Source: an uncultured Thermomicrobiales bacterium | Lineage (GTDB): Bacteria > Chloroflexota > Chloroflexia > Thermomicrobiales > UBA6265 | Length of the DNA stretch: 64,000 nt | Direction: 5' to 3' | Assembly (NCBI GenBank): GCA_902806405.1 | Contig: CADCWL010000011.1 | Span: 16,464-80,463 of the forward strand | Shown here: positions 45,660-54,681 of the stretch, piece by piece | Layout of the letters: every line of letters begins with the position of its first letter | How positions within the stretch are numbered: the stretch's first letter is position 1 | Notes under the pieces: generated by a model | What the model was told of the DNA's origin: nothing | The model's database searches: none | Seen by the model: only the letters and a program-made list of their open reading frames with translations | Translations under genes and position numbers: made by a program

Positions 45660-45815
45660 CGTCCCCACCCCGTTCCGTCCTAACCGCCGTCCCATCCCTT
45701 CGATCAGCAAGTCGAAATCGACCTGCCTCCGCACGGTGCGGCTCCGGAGAACATACAGGACCGCCCCCGGCCGACTGGCCGAGGGCGGTCGATTCTCCGT
45801 GTGGATGCGGTCCCG

Positions 45816-46046
45816 CTAGGAGCCGGAGCTGATGTGGCGACCGAGCGCACTGCGCAACTGCTGGGCGCTGGCACGGTTGTTCTCGCGCAGCGTGCGGAAC
45901 GCCGTCGCGGTCTCTTGATCGCCGGCCTGCTCCGCGTCCTGGGCATACTTCTGGAGCGCCTCCATCCCTTCGAGCAGATTGCTCAGGGAGGTGACCAGGT
46001 CGTACTCGATGTCGCTGACCCCGTAGGTGCCCTGTCCCTTATCCAC
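45816..46046 (-). CDS. Small helical protein, function unknown (76 aa)
   Basis: GTG 46046 lies 4 nt after AAGGAGGGG. The sequence is VDKGQGTYGVSDIEYDLVTSLSNLLEGMEALQKYAQDAEQAGDQETATAFR.... It sits between moeA and moaDE. Confidence 0.5.
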   Translation of the reverse strand: MDKGQGTYGVSDIEYDLVTSLSNLLEGMEALQKYAQDAEQAGDQETATAFRTLRENNRASAQQLRSALGRHISSGS

Positions 46047-46128
46047 GATTCCCCTCCTTCGGCTCATTCGCCGAACATCGCGATCGGCTACCCGTTCGCC
46101 GTGCAAGCGCCGTGCCAGAACGACGATC

Positions 46129-47361
46129 TCACCCCGTAGCCGGAAGGGGCAACCCGAGCAGGACCGCGTCAACCAGCTCCCCAGCGGCGTACGGGTGGGG
46201 ACGCGGTGGGATGATCACGAGCGCGTTTGCGCCAACGAACGAGGCCAAACGGGAGGACGATTGGCTTCCGGTCGTGGTCGCCCGTAACCGTCCGTCATCC
46301 GTAACCCGCACCGTCGCCCGCTGGAACTCGATCCGGTCCGACGCGGCCGTCTCCCTGGCGAGCGTCACGGGAACGCGGGCGCGCGCCACCGCGCCCCCGC
46401 CGCTAAGGACCGCCAACGCGGGCTTGACGAAGAGCTCGAGAGAGACGAGGGCCGAGACCGGGTTCCCTGGCAGGCCGAAGACCAACGTCCGGTCGGTGGT
46501 AGCGAAATTGAGCGGCTTCCCCGGCTTCATGAAGACGCGCCGGAAATGGACCTCGGCGAGCTCCCCGAGCAGCGCCTTGACGAGATCGAGCTCGCCCATG
46601 GAGACGCCGCCGCTCGTCACCACCACGTCGCTGGCCGCGATGCGCTCGGCCAGCAGCGAGCGCAGCGCGGCCCGTTCGTCCGGGGCCTTACCGGTCCAGA
46701 CGACGTCGGCACCGGCACCGCCGAGAGCGGCCGCCAAGCTGAAGCGGTTCGAGTCGCGGATCTGGCCCGGCGCCGGCCGCTCCCCCGGGTCGACCAACTC
46801 GTTCCCCGTCGAGACGACGCTGACCCGAGGTCGGCGCCGGACGGGGACCGGCACCGCTCCCAGCCCCGCGATAATGCCCAGCTCCGCGGGCCCGAGAATG
46901 CACCCCGCGGGCAGGATCCGCGTTCCCCGCCGCAGGTCCGCCCCAACCCCCCGGATGTTCTCGCCGGGACGAACATCGAGCCGATGGACGATGACGTGGT
47001 CTTCGGCCGTCTCGGTCTCCTCGACCGGAACGACGGCGTTGGCCCCCGGCGGCACCGGCGAGCCGGTGGTAATGCGGACGGCCGTCCCCTCGGTAACCTC
47101 CTCGTCGAGGACGAATCCCGCCGTCTGCTCGCCGATCACCTCCCGCCAGGGCGACCCGTCCCCGGCGACAACCGCATAGCCGTCCATCGTCGCCGCCGGG
47201 AAGGGCGGGTGATCCTCCTCGGCGACGACGTCGTCGGCCAGTACTTGCCAGGCCGCTTCGGCCAAGGGAATCCGCTCGATCGGAAGCGGCCGGGCGCGGG
47301 CCAGGATCATCGCGAGCGCCTCGTCGGGATGCCGCAAACGATCGATGTCGCCGGTTTCCAT
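46129..47361 (-). CDS. moeA: Molybdopterin molybdenumtransferase MoeA
   Basis: Motifs PPFPAATMDGYAV, GGVSMGE and PGNPVSA. I trimmed the start to ATG 47361, which follows AAGGAAGG. Confidence 0.85.
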   Translation of the reverse strand: METGDIDRLRHPDEALAMILARARPLPIERIPLAEAAWQVLADDVVAEEDHPPFPAATMDGYAVVAGDGSPWREVIGEQTAGFVLDEEVTEGTAVRITTGSPVPPGANAVVPVEETETAEDHVIVHRLDVRPGENIRGVGADLRRGTRILPAGCILGPAELGIIAGLGAVPVPVRRRPRVSVVSTGNELVDPGERPAPGQIRDSNRFSLAAALGGAGADVVWTGKAPDERAALRSLLAERIAASDVVVTSGGVSMGELDLVKALLGELAEVHFRRVFMKPGKPLNFATTDRTLVFGLPGNPVSALVSLELFVKPALAVLSGGGAVARARVPVTLARETAASDRIEFQRATVRVTDDGRLRATTTGSQSSSRLASFVGANALVIIPPRPHPYAAGELVDAVLLGLPLPATG

Positions 47362-47589
47362 GTCCCCAACGCCTTCCTTGCGCCCGTTACCCGGGCACCC
47401 GCTCCGCTCGGTCCCATCGCCCGCGCCGATGCTATCATCCGCCCGAGTCCCCACCGCCGCCCTTGCCGTCGCCCGCTCGGCGCTCCCAAGCAGAACGGCC
47501 GGTCCGGAGCGCGCGGCTTCCACCGCGCCCCCCCGCAGGCGATTAGAGGCGGCCGAAACGGGGGGAGTGCGCGGCGGCGGCGGTCCCGT

Positions 47590-47618
47590 TTGACGGCGCC
47601 CAGGAACGGTTCTACACT
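47590..47618 (+). promoter_or_regulatory. Sigma70-like promoter of rel
   Basis: TTGACG (47590-47595), a 17-nt spacer, then TACACT (47613-47618), about 45 nt upstream of ATG 47663. Confidence 0.4.
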
Positions 47619-47662
47619 CTGTAAAATCTCCACCAGCTGCACAGCCAACAATTCAGGGCGAA

Positions 47663-49957
47663 ATGCAAACCCGGACGCTGCCGACGACCCGACCGGCGCC
47701 AGCCGTTCCCACGAACGCCGGTCAACCGCCGCCGCATCCGAAGGATGCCTCGGGGCCGATCGCTGGCGCCGACATCGAAGCGGCGATCGCGCGCCTGCTT
47801 GCGGTGGTTGCCGAGAACGCTCCGGCAGTCAGCTGCGAGCTGATTCAGCGGGCGGCGGCGTTGGCGGTCGAGGCGCACGGAAGCGACCGCCGGAAATCGG
47901 GAGAGCCTTACGTTCTCCACCCGATCGCCGTCGCCGCGATCCTCGCGGAGATGCAGCTCGACGCGGAATCGATCGTTGCCGGTCTCCTTCACGACGTGGT
48001 GGAGGATACGCCGGTCGGTCCGGAACGAATCAACCGGGAGTTCGGTCCGCGGGTCGTCAAGCTCGTTGACGGTGTTACCAAGCTCGGTCGGATCCCCTGG
48101 ACCGCCGACGACGGCTCGACGCCCGCGACCCGGGAGAAGGCGCACCAGGCCGAGAGCCTGCGCAAGATGTTCCTGGCGATGGTCGACGACATCGGCGTCG
48201 TCCTCATCAAGCTGGCCGATCGCCTCCACAACATGCGGACCCTCGACGCTTTGCCTCCCCCGAAGCAGCGCCGGATCGCGCAGCAGACGATGGAGATCTA
48301 CGCGCCGCTGGCGAACCGACTCGGCATCTGGCAGCTGAAGTCGGAGCTGGAAGACCTGGCCTTCAAGTACCTCAATCCGGAGGCATACGGCGCGATCGTG
48401 CGGGAGCTCGAACGGCGTGGCCGCGACCGAGCCGGCTACATCGAGCGGACGATGGGCGACCTCCGGATGGCGTTGGCCGAGACCGGCATCGCCGCCGAGA
48501 TCACCGGGCGCGGCAAGCACATCTACTCCATCTACCGCAAGATGCTCCACAAGGGGCGCAGCTTCGACGAAATCTACGACGTCATCGGCCTGCGGGTGAT
48601 GGTCGACGACCGGAAAGACTGCTACGGGGCGCTCGGCGTCGTCCATGCAATGTGGCACCCGCTCCCGGGCGAATTCGACGACTACATCGCGACCCCCAAA
48701 GAGAGCATGTACCAATCGCTCCACACGGCGGTCGTCGGGCCCGAAGGGCGGGCCCTCGAGATCCAGATACGGACCCGGGAGATGCACCGGATCGCGGAGT
48801 ACGGCGTCGCCGCCCACTGGCGCTACAAGGAGGGCGGCCGCTCCGACGCCCGGGTCGAGGCGAAGGTCGCCTGGTTGCGCCAGCTCATGGACTGGCGGGA
48901 CCAGGTTGCCGACGCCGAAGAGTTCGTCGAATCGCTCAAGTCCGACGTCTTCCAGGAGATGATCTACGTCTTCACCCCGGCCGGCGACATCATCGAGCTG
49001 CCGGCGAGAGCGACACCCGTCGATTTCGCCTACCGGATCCATACCGAGGTCGGCCATCAGTGCGTCGGCGCCAAGGTCAACGACCAGCTCGTCCCATTGA
49101 ACTACGACCTCCAGAACGGTCAGGTCGTCCGGATCCTGACGAGCAAGACGAAGGTCGGGCCGAGCCGCGACTGGCTGCAAGCCTCGGCCGGCTACGTGAC
49201 GACCGCCTCCGCCCGGGAGAAGATTCGGCAGTGGTTCCGCCGCCAGGAGCGGGACGAGAACATCGCCCAGGGCAAGGAGATCCTCGACCGGGAGCTGCGC
49301 CGTCTGAGCCTGGAGCTGAAGCCGGACGAACTGCTCGCCCATTTTCCTCAATACCCGAAGGTAGACGATCTACTCGCCGCGGTCGGCTACGGTGCCGTCT
49401 CACCCCAGGTGATCTCTGCCCGGCTCGACGGGGCGCGGGAGAAAGACGTCCTGGTTGCGGCACCGCACATCGACGTGCCGCGGACGCCCGCCCGTCTCCA
49501 GGTGATGGGCGTCGGCGACCTGCTGACCAACCTCGCGCCATGTTGCAAGCCAGTCAACGGCGACGCGATCACGGGCTACGTGACACGCGGCCGCGGCATC
49601 ACCGTCCACCGGCAGGACTGCCCCAATGTCGGTGGCCTGCCGGACCCCGAGCGGTTGGTCCCCGTCACCTGGGGTGACCGAGGCCACGACACCTTCCCCG
49701 TCACGATCCGGGTCCACGCCTGGGACCGGGTCGGCTTCCTCAAGGACGTGAGCACGCTCCTCGCCGACGAGAAGGTGAACATCGTCTCCGTGCTGACCAC
49801 CACCCACGACGACCGGACGGTGACGCTGTTGATCACGGTCGAGGTGGAAGGTATCAGTCAGCTGAGCCGCATCCTCCAGAAGCTGGAGGGGATTCGCGAC
49901 GTGTACGAGGTGCGCCGCGATGCAGTGCATGCCCCCGTCCGTACCGCCGCCGGTTAG
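47663..49957 (+). CDS. rel: Bifunctional (p)ppGpp synthetase/hydrolase (RelA/SpoT homologue)
   Basis: HD hydrolase domain (HPIAVA...LLHDVVEDT), synthetase domain (GRGKHIYSIYRKM, YQSLHT), a TGS region and a C-terminal ACT-like region. Confidence 0.9.
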   Translation: MQTRTLPTTRPAPAVPTNAGQPPPHPKDASGPIAGADIEAAIARLLAVVAENAPAVSCELIQRAAALAVEAHGSDRRKSGEPYVLHPIAVAAILAEMQLDAESIVAGLLHDVVEDTPVGPERINREFGPRVVKLVDGVTKLGRIPWTADDGSTPATREKAHQAESLRKMFLAMVDDIGVVLIKLADRLHNMRTLDALPPPKQRRIAQQTMEIYAPLANRLGIWQLKSELEDLAFKYLNPEAYGAIVRELERRGRDRAGYIERTMGDLRMALAETGIAAEITGRGKHIYSIYRKMLHKGRSFDEIYDVIGLRVMVDDRKDCYGALGVVHAMWHPLPGEFDDYIATPKESMYQSLHTAVVGPEGRALEIQIRTREMHRIAEYGVAAHWRYKEGGRSDARVEAKVAWLRQLMDWRDQVADAEEFVESLKSDVFQEMIYVFTPAGDIIELPARATPVDFAYRIHTEVGHQCVGAKVNDQLVPLNYDLQNGQVVRILTSKTKVGPSRDWLQASAGYVTTASAREKIRQWFRRQERDENIAQGKEILDRELRRLSLELKPDELLAHFPQYPKVDDLLAAVGYGAVSPQVISARLDGAREKDVLVAAPHIDVPRTPARLQVMGVGDLLTNLAPCCKPVNGDAITGYVTRGRGITVHRQDCPNVGGLPDPERLVPVTWGDRGHDTFPVTIRVHAWDRVGFLKDVSTLLADEKVNIVSVLTTTHDDRTVTLLITVEVEGISQLSRILQKLEGIRDVYEVRRDAVHAPVRTAAG

Positions 49958-49984
49958 CTGGCGACCGCCCCACGGACGGACGGC

Positions 49985-50983
49985 GTGAGCGGCACGGTAC
50001 CCCCCCCGGTTGCTGGGATTCACGCTGCGACAGGGCCGGTGCTGTCGATCGGCGAAGCGCTGATCGACCTGATCGCGACCGACGGTTCGTCGAGCCTCAA
50101 GGAGGCGTCGGCGTTCGTCGCCCGACCGGGCGGGGCTCCCGCGAACGTGGCCGTCGCCCTGGCCCGCCTCGGCGTACCGGCGGCGTTCGGTGGCGTCGTA
50201 GGCGACGATCCGTTCGGTCAGCGGCTGCGCGCGACCCTGACGGCGGAGGACGTCGACGTTTCTCGGATGCGCACGACGACGGAGGCAGAGACCACGCTCG
50301 CCTTCGCCTGGAAAGACGCGGCCGGAGACGGCCACTTCCGCTTGCTCCGCGGAGCGGACGCCCTCCTCGCTCGGGAGGACGTGGATCGGGCAGGCATCCC
50401 CGGGTTGGCAGGGCTCGTCGTCGGTTCGGTAGCGCTGGCGGCCACACCGTCGAACTCCGCCGTAGCATGGGCCGCTTCCCTCGCCGTCGATGCGGAGGTT
50501 CCGGTCTGTTTCGACGTCAACATCCGGCCAAGTCTGTGGCCCGACCTCAATGCGGCTCGCGACGCCTGCCGCCCGCTGCTCGAGCGAGCGCGCCTGATCA
50601 AGCTGAGTCTCGACGACGCGCGGGCGCTTTTCGGCGGCGATCCGGAACCGGTGACGGCGGTCGAGCAGCTACGTTCCGGTCCCGAGTCTCCGATCGTGGT
50701 CTTGACGGACGGTGGACGTGGTTGCTGGCATGGGGCGGGCGGCAGCGGCATGCCGGTTCGGTACCTGCCCGCCTTCCCCGTCGATGCCGTCGAGCCGACC
50801 GGGGCGGGCGACGCGTTCACGGCCGCCCTCATCTCGCGGCTGCTCGCCAAGAGCTGGGCGCCGCCGGACGAGGCAGACGTCCGCTTCGCCGCCGCCGCCG
50901 GCGCGCTGGCGACGACCCGACCCGGGGCGCTTGACGGACTGCCGACGCGTGGGGATCTGGATCGGTTTCTGGCCTCCCGGTAG
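49985..50983 (+). CDS. PfkB-family carbohydrate kinase (fructokinase/KDG kinase-like)
   Basis: N-terminal GEALIDL and GGAPANVA, with a C-terminal TGAGDAF motif. The start codon is GTG. Confidence 0.8.
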   Translation: MSGTVPPPVAGIHAATGPVLSIGEALIDLIATDGSSSLKEASAFVARPGGAPANVAVALARLGVPAAFGGVVGDDPFGQRLRATLTAEDVDVSRMRTTTEAETTLAFAWKDAAGDGHFRLLRGADALLAREDVDRAGIPGLAGLVVGSVALAATPSNSAVAWAASLAVDAEVPVCFDVNIRPSLWPDLNAARDACRPLLERARLIKLSLDDARALFGGDPEPVTAVEQLRSGPESPIVVLTDGGRGCWHGAGGSGMPVRYLPAFPVDAVEPTGAGDAFTAALISRLLAKSWAPPDEADVRFAAAAGALATTRPGALDGLPTRGDLDRFLASR

Positions 50984-51034
50984 GCTTCTACCACCGCTTG
51001 GATAACGGTAGCGGATGTCCTCTATCGGCTGCAT

Positions 51035-51886
51035 GTGGGAAAGGATCGACGGTTGCCCTCCCCCGCCGATCCCGTCGCCTTTACCCTGTTCGGCATCGGC
51101 GTCCGCTGGTACGCGCTCTTCATCCTCTCCGGCATCCTGGCCGCCATCGCCCTGATCCGGGCTCTAGCCCGTCGGCGGGGGCTTGATCCTGACTTCCCTC
51201 TCGACATTGCTCCCTGGTTCGTCTTCGCCGGGATCGCCGGCGCCCGGATCTACTATCTCCTCCTCCGCGGCGACTACTACCTGATGCACCCCGGGGAGGC
51301 GCTCAACCTCCGCCTCGGCGGTCTCACCATCCACGGCGCAATCGTTGGCGGCGCGCTCGCGCTCTGGCTGCTCTGTCGCCGGAGTTGGCAGCCGTTCCTG
51401 GCCTGGACCGATCTGATCGTCGCCGGCGTTGCCCTCGGCCAAGCGATCGGTCGCTGGGGCAACTGGGCGAACCAGGAGGCGTTCGGCTTGCCGACCGACT
51501 TGCCGTGGGGCGTTGCCATCGACCCCGGCCGGCCCGGCACGGTCCCCGGCGCGGCCCGGTACCACCCCGCGTTCTTGTACGAGTCGCTTTTCAACCTCGC
51601 GAACGCGGCGCTCCTCTCGTGGCTCGTCCTCCGACTGCCGCGGAGCCACTTCCTGCGGCCGGGGGACGTGCTCGCCATCTACCTCGTGCTGTACGGCTGC
51701 GCCCGGCTCCTCATCGAGCGGCTGCGCACCGACAGTCTCTACATCGGGCCCTTACCGGCCGCGTACTGGGTGAGCGCCGGTCTGATCGGTCTCGGGGCGG
51801 CGATGTTGCTCCGCCCGCGGATTGCGGGGTTCATCCCGCCCCGTCAGGGGTCCCGGTCGCCGCGGAGCGAAAGGCGACCGTCTTGA
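51035..51886 (+). CDS. lgt: Prolipoprotein diacylglyceryl transferase
   Basis: The motifs DPVAFTLFGIGVRWYAL, GGLTIHGA and GRWGNWANQEAFG are Lgt signatures. The start codon is GTG. Confidence 0.85.
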   Translation: MGKDRRLPSPADPVAFTLFGIGVRWYALFILSGILAAIALIRALARRRGLDPDFPLDIAPWFVFAGIAGARIYYLLLRGDYYLMHPGEALNLRLGGLTIHGAIVGGALALWLLCRRSWQPFLAWTDLIVAGVALGQAIGRWGNWANQEAFGLPTDLPWGVAIDPGRPGTVPGAARYHPAFLYESLFNLANAALLSWLVLRLPRSHFLRPGDVLAIYLVLYGCARLLIERLRTDSLYIGPLPAAYWVSAGLIGLGAAMLLRPRIAGFIPPRQGSRSPRSERRPS

Positions 51887-52038
51887 CGCCCGATGCGCCG
51901 ATTGCTATCGTCCCGACCATCTCGCGGGAATAATCAGCGCCGTCATCGGCGTTGCTGACCGGCCACCAGACCGTCGTCCCGGTCGCCGCCGTGCGCCGTC
52001 ACGACCGATCGGCGGCGGAGGGCGAGGAGCGGAGCCGG

Positions 52039-52521
52039 ATGGCCAGACGGGGCACCCTGCTGGTGGCGATGATCGGATTGGCGATCTCGGTCGCCGCCTG
52101 CGGCCGGGCGAGCCAGGCAGAGATCGAGCAGGCGCTCGGCATCACGCCCACCGCCACCGCCTCCGCGGCCGAGATCGCGGGCGCCACGGAGGCGGCAGTC
52201 CGGGCCACGATGGCGGCGGAAACAGCGGTGGCCGCCGCGGTGGCGTCCGGCGGTGGTAGACAGGTGGCCCTGGGCGACGTGACCCGCGGCAGCCGGCAGT
52301 TCCTGACCCAGTGCTCCGGGTGCCACCGCGTGGGAGGGGCGGGGCCGGACCTCCTCTCGCCGGGCAGTGCCGGTGCCGCGGTGAACACGGAGACGCTGAT
52401 GCCCCTGCTCCGGGAGGGGATCGGTCACCCCGTGCCACCGGGTCCGTACCCTGCCCCCCTCCTCAGCGACGGGGCCATCGCCGACCTCGCCGCGTACATC
52501 GCCTCCGAAGCCGGCGGCTGA
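52039..52521 (+). CDS. Lipoprotein c-type cytochrome
   Basis: ATG 52039 follows GGAG. The lipobox is LAISVAAC and the single haem-binding site is CSGCH. Confidence 0.7.
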   Translation: MARRGTLLVAMIGLAISVAACGRASQAEIEQALGITPTATASAAEIAGATEAAVRATMAAETAVAAAVASGGGRQVALGDVTRGSRQFLTQCSGCHRVGGAGPDLLSPGSAGAAVNTETLMPLLREGIGHPVPPGPYPAPLLSDGAIADLAAYIASEAGG

Positions 52522-52549
52522 CCGGAAGTGAGAGCAATCCCACCCAGAG

Positions 52550-54133
52550 CTACGCCCCGGCTGCGGTGAAGAGCGCCTCCCGGATCGCCATGATCTGCGA
52601 TCGGAGCGCGGTGTCGGTCGTTAGGGCTTGCTTGATCTGGTTGATGCCGTGCATGACCGTCGTGTGGTCCTTGCCGCCCAGCTCTTTGCCGATGGCGACC
52701 AGCGACGATTCGGTCTCCTCCCGCATCAGGTACATCGCGACCTGACGCGGCACGACCACCTCCTTCGTCCGGGCCCGGCCGCGCAGATCCCGCAAGGAGA
52801 CCCCGTAGTGGCCGGCCACCGCGTCGACCACGCCCGCGGCCGTCGTCCGCGCTCGGCGTGCCCCGACCGCCGCGTCGGTCAATGCCTCCATCGCTAGGGC
52901 GAGGGATATCGGCTGGTCGGACATCCGGGAGCGGAACAGGACCTTGTTGAGGGCCCCCTCCAGCTCCCGAATATTGCTCTGGTCCCTCTGGGCGATGTAC
53001 TCGACGACCTCCGCCGGAAAGGCGATGCCGAGCTCCTCCCCCTTCGTCCGGAGGATCGCGGTGCGCATCTCGTAGTCTGGCAGCTGGACGTCCGTGATCA
53101 GGCCCCCCTCGAACCGGGAGCGGAGACGGTCTTCGAGGGCGGAGATTGCCTTCGGCGGCTTGTCGCTCGTGATGATCACCTGCTTGCCGCTCTGGTAGAG
53201 CGAGTTGAAGGTGTGGAAGAACTCCTCCTGCGTGCTCTCTTTGCCGGCGATGAACTGGATATCGTCGATCATCAAGATGTCGATGGTTCGGTAGCGGGCG
53301 CGGAACTCTTCCATTTTCTGCCGTCGGATCGAATCGATGAGTTCGTTCGTGAATTTTTCTGACGTGACGTAGACGACGTTGAGCCCCGGATTCAGCTCCA
53401 GCGCGCGATGGCCGACCGAGTGGAGAAGGTGGGTCTTGCCCAACCCTACTCCGCCATGGACGAAAAAAGGGTTGTACGTTCCCCCCGGCTGCTCGGCCAC
53501 GGAGAGCGAAGCGGCGTGGGCGAAGCGGTTCCCGGATCCGACCACGTACGTGTCGTACACGTAGCGAGGGTTGAGGCCGTGGGTAGGGGTTGCCGCCAGC
53601 TCGATCTGACGCGCTGGCGTGCCATTCGACCCACCTCGGGGCTCGGCCTCGGCGCGGCGTCGGTGCGGACTCCCGTCCCCGTTCGCGCGATGAAGCCCAC
53701 CAGCGGTTGTCTCCAGCACCCGCTCGCCGCCGCGGCCGGAAACCGGTTGGGCGCCACCGAAGAGAGTTCGGGCGCCGGCGTCGAGGAGCGCCGCCGTCTC
53801 CCCGGCGTCGAACCCGCCCCGGCGCCCTACGGCAGCGGCGCCGGGCTCGTCCCCACCGAGCACCGTGAAGCGGACCCGGATCGGTCGCCCAACGATGTCG
53901 GATATCGCCTTCGCGACCTGCGGCGTGAACTTGGATTGGAGCGTCGAGGCGCTGAATGTGTTAGCGGCGGCGATGACCGCCTCGTCCTCATCAAAGGCGA
54001 CGAGGGTCGTCTGCCGCATCCAATTATCGTAATGGGTGCGCGAGAGGCGTACCTGGAGCTCCCCGAGCACCGTCTGCCAGAGTTGCTTGGCGTCCATCTG
54101 GAGCGCCGCGTCGCCGGCCACGCCCTCACCCAT
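52550..54133 (-). CDS. dnaA: Chromosomal replication initiator protein DnaA
   Basis: Domain I LWQTVLGELQVRLSRTHYDNWM, the AAA+ Walker A GGVGLGKTHLL, box VII, and a C-terminal DNA-binding domain (GGKDHTTVMHGINQIK). The start is ATG 54133 or 54097. Confidence 0.9.
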   Translation of the reverse strand: MGEGVAGDAALQMDAKQLWQTVLGELQVRLSRTHYDNWMRQTTLVAFDEDEAVIAAANTFSASTLQSKFTPQVAKAISDIVGRPIRVRFTVLGGDEPGAAAVGRRGGFDAGETAALLDAGARTLFGGAQPVSGRGGERVLETTAGGLHRANGDGSPHRRRAEAEPRGGSNGTPARQIELAATPTHGLNPRYVYDTYVVGSGNRFAHAASLSVAEQPGGTYNPFFVHGGVGLGKTHLLHSVGHRALELNPGLNVVYVTSEKFTNELIDSIRRQKMEEFRARYRTIDILMIDDIQFIAGKESTQEEFFHTFNSLYQSGKQVIITSDKPPKAISALEDRLRSRFEGGLITDVQLPDYEMRTAILRTKGEELGIAFPAEVVEYIAQRDQSNIRELEGALNKVLFRSRMSDQPISLALAMEALTDAAVGARRARTTAAGVVDAVAGHYGVSLRDLRGRARTKEVVVPRQVAMYLMREETESSLVAIGKELGGKDHTTVMHGINQIKQALTTDTALRSQIMAIREALFTAAGA

Positions 54134-54681
54134 CCCCTCGCCCCCGTTCGGCACCCGTCTTCGGGTGTACGGACACTTCGAAGACCGGGATCGTAACAGC
54201 CGTCGGGGAGGCACGCAAGCATCCGTGCCAGGGGCGAGAGTCCTCGAGCGAGAAGATTCGGTGCAAGCCGTCGGCGGGATCGGTGGCATCGTCGGATGCG
54301 GGCTAATCCTTGCAAAGACAAACGGAAGCTAGCCGACGCGGGACGGTGGTTCGCCCCTTGCGCGTCCCCGGCGGGACGGCCGCGATACCGCGTCGGCCTT
54401 GCCGTCGGGGTTAATGCCGGCCCCTCCCCTCCTCTTGCCCTCGGCAACCTAGCCGGGCCCATTGGAGATCGCAGACGGCAGGAATTGGTCTCGGTCTCGA
54501 GCGGGAGAGCGTGACATCGGAGTGCCGATAGCGGAGGCTCCTCATCGTTCCCGAGCTGGCACCGGCTCCGGGACCAGGACACTTGCGGTCGTCGAGGTCG
54601 CCGTCGGGTAGCGACTCCTAGCGGATTTTCCCGGCATTTTTAGAGCATTGAAGCCGCCGAAGGGCGGCGAAGGAGAGCAAG

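Noticed and set aside
46039-46047. Isolated DnaA-box-like 9-mers: TTATCCACG at 46039-46047 and TTTTCCACA at 25056-25064.
   Set aside because: They are single occurrences inside or at the edge of coding regions, not clustered and not near dnaA. They are expected by chance and insufficient to call oriC.
54296-54514. A 72-aa ORF, and the overlapping 251-aa minus-strand ORF 53827..54582, in the dnaA-pepA spacer.
   Set aside because: There is no RBS, the composition is Arg/Gly/Pro-rich, and the minus-strand ORF is largely an out-of-frame overlap with dnaA. I treat the spacer as non-coding.
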